From a virus (Duplodnaviria > Caudoviricetes): a DNA stretch of 55,758 bases. Numbering within the stretch: the first letter of the stretch is position 1; the number at the start of each line of letters is the position of its first letter. Below, piece by piece: positions 27,906 through 34,705 of this stretch. The stretch lies in IMG/VR virus record IMGVR_UViG_3300030085_001335, positions 1 through 55,758 of that record. The stretch is one strand, 5' to 3'. Below the pieces are notes generated by a model. That model was not told where the DNA came from. It saw nothing but the letters and a program-made list of their open reading frames with translations, and did not search any database. The position numbers were made by a program, and so were the translations under genes.

Positions 27906-28166
27906 CTATACTACTGTGAGTTCAGTGCCATCACATCGAACAGACTTGATAGTATCTGCGTTTATCATACGGTACGCATTCTTCTGAATATCATATACAG
28001 GTAGTAGACCTTTGCTCCTAGCATCGTACTTCATACCTATGCCTTTTGTGTACTTATGTACTCCCATACGTGCCGTCATTACTCTTTCCTCACCGTTCTT
28101 TTTAATGAACGTTACTGAGAAGATTTTACCACCTCTTACGAGGTTCTCGATTGTTTTTACTTTCAT
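27906..28166 (-). CDS. Sm-like/SH3 beta-barrel (WYL_2-like) protein
   Basis: FSVTFIKKNGEERVMTAR...VYDIQKNAYRMIN. Confidence 0.65.
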   Translation of the reverse strand: MKVKTIENLVRGGKIFSVTFIKKNGEERVMTARMGVHKYTKGIGMKYDARSKGLLPVYDIQKNAYRMINADTIKSVRCDGTELTVV

Positions 28167-28182
28167 AATTTTTAATTTATAA

Positions 28183-28773
28183 TTAAACCCATTGATTTCT
28201 AATAGTTACCCAAACAATAGCTTGGAACTGGTACGCCTTCACGCCCATCTCCTTAGCTACCTTCACGGTTTCTTCTTGAATGATACGGTACTGCTTAGGT
28301 GTTACAGATTCTCTACAAGTCCTCGACTTCTTAGATGAGGTTTGACAAGCTCTTAAGTGCCACTTGTCGATTGTAACAAAGTTACTATCGTTCTCACCTA
28401 CGTTCCTAGCGAATGCATACGTCTTAGGTGATGAGGTCAGTATCTTACGATCACCTTTTGCAATAGCGAAAGCCTTGGCTTTGTTTGCATCATAGGTACA
28501 TACCTTTACATCTTGCATAGGTACGTTATCACGTACTGCCATGAGTACTTGGACTGCATCGAACTTGTTTCTTTCCCATCTGTTATTGGGAGAAAGAGCC
28601 GAGATAACGCCTGCGGCTACTTCACCACGTACACCGTAGTCAGTTGATAATTGCTTTGCAAAATCCATTGCATCTTTGTACCAAACCAAACCTTGTTTGA
28701 TCTCGTCTTTAGTCGCTCTATTGTACCAAATACGTAGGTTAGAGCGATACTTTTTAAGCTCTTTTTTAGTCAT
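28183..28773 (-). CDS. Conserved phage protein, possible HhH-glycosylase-like fold
   Basis: GLVWY, AGVISALSPNNRWERN, PKTYAF, VTIDKWH, FQAIVW. Confidence 0.5.
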   Translation of the reverse strand: MTKKELKKYRSNLRIWYNRATKDEIKQGLVWYKDAMDFAKQLSTDYGVRGEVAAGVISALSPNNRWERNKFDAVQVLMAVRDNVPMQDVKVCTYDANKAKAFAIAKGDRKILTSSPKTYAFARNVGENDSNFVTIDKWHLRACQTSSKKSRTCRESVTPKQYRIIQEETVKVAKEMGVKAYQFQAIVWVTIRNQWV

Positions 28774-28794
28774 AACGTTTTGATTCTGAGTTTA

Positions 28795-29073
28795 TTAATT
28801 TTTTAGGAAAGAATCCCAGTCTACTCCAAGCGCACCATCGTGCTTAGATACGTGAAGGTCGTACAGTATTATAGCTACGTCTTGAACGTTACTGTCTTCG
28901 ATGGTTTTTATCTTATCTAAGATCGCTTGCTTCTTTGTTTCTTCTCTGTTATATACAGAGCTATCGCTTGAATACTGGTAGTAAAAGTCAAGTTCTCCTA
29001 GGTCTTGGTTTAGCTTTGCTAAGAAATCCATGTCCTCTGTAGAGGGTTTCCAGTTTTCGTCTCTTGTACTCAT
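28795..29073 (-). CDS. Hypothetical early protein
   Basis: DFYYQYSSD motif; preceded by the conserved AAAACATACATACCT leader. Confidence 0.65.
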   Translation of the reverse strand: MSTRDENWKPSTEDMDFLAKLNQDLGELDFYYQYSSDSSVYNREETKKQAILDKIKTIEDSNVQDVAIILYDLHVSKHDGALGVDWDSFLKN

Positions 29074-29101
29074 AGGTATGTATGTTTTAATTTTTGAATT
29101 T

Positions 29102-29146
29102 TGGAATCGGCAAGGGAATCGAACCCCTCATGCACCATGACCGATT
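29102..29146 (-). ncRNA. Minimal tRNA-like element (acceptor stem + T-arm + CCA; no anticodon arm)
   Basis: AAUCGGU pairs with GCCGAUU (7 bp); internal CAUG-GUG-CAUG hairpin; T-arm AGGGG-UUCGAUU-CCCUU; 3' CCA. Confidence 0.7.
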
Positions 29147-29156
29147 GATTGACTGC

Positions 29157-29501
29157 TTATAGCGAATCAAAGATTTTTGCCGCCCTTTGCCTAGACTCAT
29201 CCTTTGCATCCCATTCAGCATCTCTAAGGTCATACGTCCTCTTGATATACCATCTACGTAACGTATCTACGTCCTCTGTTGAGACGATATGCTCTTTAAA
29301 TGCATACCCACCATCTATGTACATTACTGCCGACAATATGATCGGACAAGAGGACTCTCTTGTAATTTCTGAAAACATACAATGCAGTTCTAGACGTACG
29401 TCATGACCGTCTACATTACCGCTTAGGCTCATGTTATCCAACGCTTTCTTGTTGAATTCAGTCCATTCTACCTTGTTTAATTTGTTAATTAAGTATTCCA
29501 T
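29157..29501 (-). CDS. Hypothetical early protein flanked by the hammerhead and the tRNA-like element
   Basis: 114-aa ORF with A-rich leader. Confidence 0.65.
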   Translation of the reverse strand: MEYLINKLNKVEWTEFNKKALDNMSLSGNVDGHDVRLELHCMFSEITRESSCPIILSAVMYIDGGYAFKEHIVSTEDVDTLRRWYIKRTYDLRDAEWDAKDESRQRAAKIFDSL

Positions 29502-29520
29502 AATATTTGATTTTGAATGT

Positions 29521-29586
29521 TAGTTTGTCTCATCAGTACAAAGAGAACTACTCTTTGTAGACAACCCCTAAGGGTTGTTTCGACTA
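29521..29586 (-). ncRNA. Type II hammerhead ribozyme
   Basis: GUC-GAAA-CAACCC-UUAG-GGGUUG-UC^-UACAAAGAG-UAGUU-CUCUUUGUA-CUGAUGA-GAC-A-AACUA: all core nucleotides and stems I/II/III present; GUC cleavage site between 29560 and 29559; loop I UAGUU complementary to the 3' tail AACUA. Confidence 0.93.
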
Positions 29587-29943
29587 TTCCATATCTAACC
29601 ATACAGGGTATGGGTTGCCACTATTCGAAGAGATTTTGTATACACAATAGCTACCGCTATTGCTTATGTATACCTTCCTACCTTCGTGAGTATGTGGTGT
29701 GGACTTACCTACCCAAACTGCGTAGTCGTTTCCAGTTCTCGGAGACTTACATTTTATGTAAGTGCTACCCTTGTTAGTCTCAAAGAGACTGAAAGTCGTA
29801 CCATCAATGTTAATTGATCTGCCAGTTGATAGACCGCTTTCGACATTGAATCCACCTCCCTTGGAGGTTTTAGATACGAATGTCTGAGTGAAGGCAGTAA
29901 TAGATATCGCTACCAAAGCCAAAGTGAAAATTGCTTTTTTCAT
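29584..29943 (-). CDS. Exported early protein (signal peptide)
   Basis: MKKAIFTLALVAISITAFT-Q signal-peptide pattern; its stop codon runs into hammerhead stem II. Confidence 0.65.
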   Translation of the reverse strand: MKKAIFTLALVAISITAFTQTFVSKTSKGGGFNVESGLSTGRSINIDGTTFSLFETNKGSTYIKCKSPRTGNDYAVWVGKSTPHTHEGRKVYISNSGSYCVYKISSNSGNPYPVWLDME

Positions 29944-29968
29944 GTGTATGTATTTATGTATGTATGTA

Positions 29969-30349
29969 TTAATAATCTAAGTAGTTTCTCTTGTAGTCTA
30001 AAAAGTAGTCGTTGTTGAAATCATACCTTTCACCTACGTATGAAGGATTGAAGACAAGAAAGCCTTTTTTACTTCTCCTATTTGTCTTTACTGCTATTGC
30101 ATCCTCTCCGAGGATTACACATACCTCCCTAAGCGTCTCCCTAAGGTCTCTCAAGTCCTCGAAAGATAGCGAAGCTATTAACGTACGTTCGAGACCCCAA
30201 TCACCGCCTTTGCACCTACGTTCCTCGAAATCAGTTACTGCGATGTCTGAAAATTCGGCTTCACACATTAGTGTTCTTAATGCTTTCGGCATCGAAGTCC
30301 TTTGTATACCTATGTTCACTTGTGCCGCTATGTTTGTTTCTTTTACCAT
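29969..30349 (-). CDS. Hypothetical early protein
   Basis: Start moved to ATG 30349, after the ATACATACATACGTC leader. Confidence 0.65.
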   Translation of the reverse strand: MVKETNIAAQVNIGIQRTSMPKALRTLMCEAEFSDIAVTDFEERRCKGGDWGLERTLIASLSFEDLRDLRETLREVCVILGEDAIAVKTNRRSKKGFLVFNPSYVGERYDFNNDYFLDYKRNYLDY

Positions 30350-30399
30350 GACGTATGTATGTATTTGATTTTGAATTTTTGATTGGTAATTGAACTGCC

Positions 30400-30531
30400 T
30401 TATGCAAGCTCTTGTTCTACGTACATCTGCTCTTCGCAGGTAAGTACGTCCCATTCTAGGGTGTTGATTGCCATTTCGAAGTCTAGCCCATCGAAGATGG
30501 ATGCAAGTTGGTTTAGCTTTTGCTCGTTCAT
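30400..30531 (-). CDS. Small acidic early protein (43 aa)
   Basis: ATG 30531 after AAAACATACATACCT, downstream of promoter 30582. Confidence 0.6.
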   Translation of the reverse strand: MNEQKLNQLASIFDGLDFEMAINTLEWDVLTCEEQMYVEQELA

Positions 30532-30581
30532 AGGTATGTATGTTTTATTTTTGAAGTTGTCGGAATATCGAATCGACCCCA

Positions 30582-30616
30582 CAAAGATACGGCAATCGAT
30601 TCGACAATTCCAAATT
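30582..30616 (-). promoter_or_regulatory. Early promoter (-33 TTTGG at 30610-30614, -7 TATCTTTG at 30582-30589)
   Basis: Conserved spacing; upstream AAAAATAAA shared with promoter 27849. Confidence 0.8.
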
Positions 30617-30659
30617 TATTTTTGTTAATGTTTTTTTACCCTTTAGGGTAGATTGCCAA

Positions 30660-31274
30660 TTAAAACGGGCAATCGCTTGTGTCGATGTCTGCATCTGAGT
30701 ACATAGGTGCACCATCAGCGAGTGCATCCTGCTCAGCTACGTACCTAGCGTGTCTAGCTGCTTCAATTGGGCATTGTCCGATCTCTAAATCAAACGGCAG
30801 GACTGCTTGCTTATTTGAGACTTTCTTAGCCTTCGGCTCATCCGTAGGTAGGTATGTCTGAGCAAGCCCTCTCGAAGCCCTTTGGGCTTGAACTTCTAGC
30901 TTTTGATTGCTAGTCAGCTTCGCTGGAGGGTTAGAGACTTTCTTTCTTCGGCTAGAAGTCTTTGACTTCTTTTTCGAAGTCTTCGACTTCGTTTTTGAAT
31001 CAACCTTTGGTTGATCAACGCCTACCTTCGCTAGAGCTTCGGCAACCGCTTTCTCAATCATAGATTGAACATCTGGAGTTTCAACCTTTTTTTGTTGCTT
31101 CGCAACATGCTTCGAAGTTTTCAGCCCTTTCACGAAGGTATGTAGCGCCTTGACCGCATCAAGGGCTTCGTTCTTAGCTTCCTCGCTTGGAATAAAGCAA
31201 GCTTTATTTATAGACTTCTGAGCATCTTTGATGAGGCTTGTTCTAGCCTCGTTGTCAAAACCGTAGGTTTTCAT
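30660..31274 (-). CDS. First early protein (Lys-rich middle, acidic tail ending CPF)
   Basis: Start moved to ATG 31274, after AAAAACATACATACCT; 204 aa. Confidence 0.7.
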   Translation of the reverse strand: MKTYGFDNEARTSLIKDAQKSINKACFIPSEEAKNEALDAVKALHTFVKGLKTSKHVAKQQKKVETPDVQSMIEKAVAEALAKVGVDQPKVDSKTKSKTSKKKSKTSSRRKKVSNPPAKLTSNQKLEVQAQRASRGLAQTYLPTDEPKAKKVSNKQAVLPFDLEIGQCPIEAARHARYVAEQDALADGAPMYSDADIDTSDCPF

Positions 31275-31327
31275 AGGTATGTATGTTTTTATTTTGAGCG
31301 TCAATCCGTTTGTCGAACTGAACACCG

Positions 31328-31362
31328 CAAATATATGGCAGCTTCAAAACAACCTCCAAATT
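31328..31362 (-). promoter_or_regulatory. First early promoter (-33 TTTGG at 31356-31360, -7 TATATTTG at 31328-31335)
   Basis: Both elements with conserved spacing; heads the minus-strand arm. Confidence 0.8.
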
Positions 31363-32003
31363 TTTGAGGGACTATTTTCGTGCGCGATTTCTCCTGCGCA
31401 TTATGCGCGTGGAAACAGGCGTAAAATCGATTTTCTCAGAGCCTCGTATGCGCTGACCTACGTAGGTGCGAGAAGAGCCCTCAGATTTGATGCATTGGAT
31501 CCAGTGTAGCCTCATGCGTAGGTATGTGTGTAGGTGTACGTATGTATGTGGGGGTGTGTCCCTTGCTTCCGTAGGGCTGAGGACCGAGCCGACTTTCCCC
31601 TTTCCGCTTGTGCAGGCTTTCGTACGTACGTACATACGTGGCTTTTCTTACTTCTAGTGCTTGGTTAATATACGATGGTTAAATAGCTGAAAGTCAAACA
31701 GTTATGCTACACAAAAAGCTCAAATGTGTGCGCAAGACGTAGGTACGTGATACCCACGGGGTGTGTGTTATGCGTTTGCTATGTGTAACGCGGGTGATAT
31801 GTAATACGTATTATCCCCACAATCTACATTACTCATCATTTTTTTCAACCCTACCCCTTTTAACATGCATAAAAAAGCTGTTCATTTTTCAACATATCCA
31901 ATCATCATATGACACAAAAGCAGTATAAGGGACTGCATACTAAGCAGTTACACTATTTACTTAAAGTAATGCTTTAACAGTTGACTATATCAAAAAAAAG
32001 CTG

Positions 32004-32011
32004 TAACTTTG
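32004..32011 (+). promoter_or_regulatory. -7 promoter box TAACTTTG with upstream TTG at 31981
   Basis: Matches TAnnTTTG; faces an interval with no credible gene that ends in a terminator. Confidence 0.6.
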
Positions 32012-32015
32012 CCTA

Positions 32016-32153
32016 ACAAGCGTTGCTTTAACAGCGGCATCGTAGAAAGCTCTGCACGCATTTAAGGTGTTGAGGAAAGAACAAGTAAGATAGATGACTC
32101 TATCATCTTATATAGCTGTGGAGGGCACAAGAACTGTGCTCTTTTTTTTTTTT
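32016..32153 (+). ncRNA. Candidate small structured RNA (about 135 nt)
   Basis: Bounded by promoter and terminator; hairpins GUUGCU/AGCGGC, GUAGA/UCUGC and UAAGAU/AUCUUA. Confidence 0.45.
32123..32153 (+). terminator. Intrinsic terminator
   Basis: GGGCACA-AGAAC-UGUGCUC followed by 12 T. Confidence 0.8.
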
Positions 32154-32188
32154 GTACCTATACATACCATGTATGTTTACTGTTTGGG

Positions 32189-32285
32189 GAACCTCTACCT
32201 ATATATGTTCTGTATTTCGTACCCTCTCTCTATATATGTTATGCATTCTGTACCTTCTCTCTATATATGTGGTGCTTTTCGTACC
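32189..32285. repeat. Three imperfect 30-31-bp tandem repeats
   Basis: GAACCTCTACCTATATATGTTCTGTATTTC / GTACCCTCTCTCTATATATGTTATGCATTCT / GTACCTTCTCTCTATATATGTGGTGCTTTTC / GTACC. Confidence 0.8.
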
Positions 32286-32317
32286 TAATGTCTAAACAGA
32301 GGCAGTCTTATAATTAA

Positions 32318-32325
32318 TATATTTG
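32318..32325 (+). promoter_or_regulatory. -7 promoter box TATATTTG
   Basis: 7 nt before ATG 32333; heads the late arm. Confidence 0.65.
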
Positions 32326-32332
32326 CAAGTAT

Positions 32333-33487
32333 ATGAGACCGATCAAGCCAACTGCTTTCATGACTCCTAATAAAGGACCAGATGATCCGCCTAAAAAAGA
32401 TTTTCTATCTAAAGCTACTGAGAAAAGAGATATAGATTACGCACCTTCTATTCAGCTTCAACGACTAGACTCAATAGACTCTAACGTTAGATCAAAAAAC
32501 CCTTACTTTGGTAACAAAGAAGAGGTTTACGTTCCATTTGATTTTTATTCCGACTGGCTTAATTCTGAGATGTATAAACGAATGATGGACGGAAAGGAAT
32601 CTATTCATGATAAAATGCGCCCCATACCATCTTCAATTTATAAAGACGATGAAGAATCAACCCAGAATATTATTCAGAAGTTTGGATATAAACCTGGCTT
32701 AGACGGGAAGGTATCAATTACAGATGCTAGAAGACAAAATTTAGAAAATACTGAAGTAGAAAACTATGCTCTTTCAGATTTTAAGAACATGGTTAGTAAG
32801 GGGGAATACATAAGCGGAGGTGAATATAAAAGAGATTCTGATGGGAATATTATTAGCAGCTACCCAAAAGTAAAATTGCAAAATCCAAAATATAAAACTA
32901 GTACAGGTCAGTCTATTAGTTTTGATGATTACTTGTCTACGTTGGTTCATGAGCTTTCTCATGCATCAGATGTTGATATACTTAATTATGATGGTCCAAA
33001 CAGTACCTGGGATGCTATTTATTATGAGGCAAGAAAGGAAAGAAGAGGAGAGCCAGTTCCAGAAGGTACTTTTGGCTTAGAAGAAAGAACTGGGGGATAC
33101 AGGAAGGCGTTAATACCTAGTAAAGATGTAGATTTAATAAATTCTTTTGTTGAAAAAAACAGAGAAAAAAACCTTAAAGGACATTATCCAGAATATACAC
33201 GTAACCGAGACTTGAACTGGAGGTATTACACTGACCCTACAGAGGTTAGGGCTAGAGTAAACTCTCAGAGATACGATTTATTTAAGAAGGGAATTTTTAA
33301 TCCATTCTCACAAAAAATGACTCAAAAAAAGCTGGATGAAATAAGAAAGGATACAATTAAATCTGGTTCAAAAAATATGAAAGACCTATTTAACTTCTTT
33401 TCTGACGATCAGATTATAAAGATGTTTAACTCTATAGCTATGGAAGAAACAGGTAAATCAAAAGGTAGGATCCTTAATTTTGCTTAA
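32333..33487 (+). CDS. HExxH zincin-like protein
   Basis: TLVHELSHAS and downstream YYTDPTEVRAR. Confidence 0.55.
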   Translation: MRPIKPTAFMTPNKGPDDPPKKDFLSKATEKRDIDYAPSIQLQRLDSIDSNVRSKNPYFGNKEEVYVPFDFYSDWLNSEMYKRMMDGKESIHDKMRPIPSSIYKDDEESTQNIIQKFGYKPGLDGKVSITDARRQNLENTEVENYALSDFKNMVSKGEYISGGEYKRDSDGNIISSYPKVKLQNPKYKTSTGQSISFDDYLSTLVHELSHASDVDILNYDGPNSTWDAIYYEARKERRGEPVPEGTFGLEERTGGYRKALIPSKDVDLINSFVEKNREKNLKGHYPEYTRNRDLNWRYYTDPTEVRARVNSQRYDLFKKGIFNPFSQKMTQKKLDEIRKDTIKSGSKNMKDLFNFFSDDQIIKMFNSIAMEETGKSKGRILNFA

Positions 33488-33521
33488 AGATAACAGCAGA
33501 AACATCATACGATAAATTAAT

Positions 33522-33529
33522 TAAATTTG
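33522..33529 (+). promoter_or_regulatory. -7 promoter box TAAATTTG
   Basis: 4 nt before ATG 33534. Confidence 0.6.
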
Positions 33530-33533
33530 CAAC

Positions 33534-33956
33534 ATGGCAACGCTAACTACAAAAATAACTGAATCCGTAACAGTCAACAGTAAAGTTTATGGAGCTACAA
33601 ACACCATGAGTATTACTGGTGTAAACAACGTTTATGAAACTGTTGTGACTATAGGTACAACAGCAGCAACAGCAATAGACTTTGTAGCTTCAGCTCCAAC
33701 CTTTGGTTCTGTATTAGAAGGAGATCTTAAGTATCTTAGGATAACAAACACAGATGCATCTAATGGTGTAAATATTATCATAACACTCAAAGGTGCTTCA
33801 GATAAATATAAACAAACAATAGGACCAGGTAAGTCATACATAATTACTAGCGATACTATAAGTTTTGACGGTGGTAGCGCTGGTTTTATGGAGCACATTA
33901 TTCTTGACGCAGTTACAGCAGACGTTGAATGTGAATTCTTTTTAGCAACAGCATAA
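33534..33956 (+). CDS. Small beta-rich virion structural protein
   Basis: Thr/Ala/Ser-rich; KYLRITNTD...PGKSYII; similar in character to 47415-47828. Confidence 0.5.
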   Translation: MATLTTKITESVTVNSKVYGATNTMSITGVNNVYETVVTIGTTAATAIDFVASAPTFGSVLEGDLKYLRITNTDASNGVNIIITLKGASDKYKQTIGPGKSYIITSDTISFDGGSAGFMEHIILDAVTADVECEFFLATA

Positions 33957-33968
33957 TACATTATAGAT

Positions 33969-34259
33969 ATGGCAGATACAACTTCAGAAGAGATACTTAA
34001 AATATTGCAGGGAATGCAAGCTGCACAAGATAAAGCAGAGGAAAGCTTTGACCCATACAAAGGAAGAACATTCATTCCTAGAATGTCTCCAGAGTTTAAG
34101 AAGATGTTGGTTGAGGGTATTAGAAAAGCTAGAGCTAAGAGGCAAGAAAGAAAAGCTGCAGATCGTCTTGAGAATAAAATGGGTGAACCTCAAGATTTAA
34201 TTCAAAATAACGATATGTTTGCTAAGTACGGTGGTAAGATAAAAAAATACAAAGGATAA
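33969..34259 (+). CDS. Small protein ending in KYGGKIKKYKG
   Basis: 96-aa ORF, coupled to the next gene. Confidence 0.6.
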   Translation: MADTTSEEILKILQGMQAAQDKAEESFDPYKGRTFIPRMSPEFKKMLVEGIRKARAKRQERKAADRLENKMGEPQDLIQNNDMFAKYGGKIKKYKG

Positions 34260-34693
34260 TGAATAATGCAGGAACAATGGCTGATATGATTGAAGCCGCT
34301 ATGAAAAAGAAAGAAGGACCTAAGGATAGTTTTACTATGGCTGGTCAATACGCAGGTCCAGTTCAGAGAGACGAAGATCGTGAGTTCGTTATGTATGAAT
34401 CACCAAACGGTGAACAGATTCAAGTGTATGGTAACTGGAATGAGTTTGCTGTAGATAGAGACGAACAAGGTCTTGACTTGATCGCTGATGAAGACTACCC
34501 AATCGTTCGTAATGAAGATGGTGAGTACATATTAGATGAGGCTGCTTATGAAAGAATGGGGGAAGAGATGCGTATGAAGCAAGAGATGATGAATAGAGAG
34601 ATGATGCGTGAGGATGAAGAGCAGATGATGCAACAAGAAGAAGAACAAAGAATGATGGGTGGTGGAATGATGCCTATGAAGAGACGTTACTAA
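34259..34693 (+). CDS. Met/Glu-rich hypothetical protein
   Basis: 144 aa; ends MMGGGMMPMKRRY. Confidence 0.6.
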   Translation: MNNAGTMADMIEAAMKKKEGPKDSFTMAGQYAGPVQRDEDREFVMYESPNGEQIQVYGNWNEFAVDRDEQGLDLIADEDYPIVRNEDGEYILDEAAYERMGEEMRMKQEMMNREMMREDEEQMMQQEEEQRMMGGGMMPMKRRY

Positions 34694-34705
34694 TAATACT
34701 GGTTA

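Noticed and set aside
29102-29146. Conventional tRNA gene
   Set aside because: Only 45 nt with no D arm or anticodon arm; reported as a tRNA-like element instead.
30631-30674. Terminator after the first early gene (TACCCT/AGGGTA and GATTGCC/GGCAATC hairpins)
   Set aside because: On the transcribed minus strand the hairpins are followed by A rather than U, so it is not a convincing intrinsic terminator.
31279-31657. ORF-track entries 31279-31509, 31372-31635 and 31466-31657
   Set aside because: They overlap on both strands in a palindrome-rich low-complexity region, lack the A-rich start context of real genes, and one overlaps the early promoter.
32094-32288. 64-aa ORF in the ORF track
   Set aside because: It runs through a terminator with 12 T and through tandem repeats; the translation is low-complexity.
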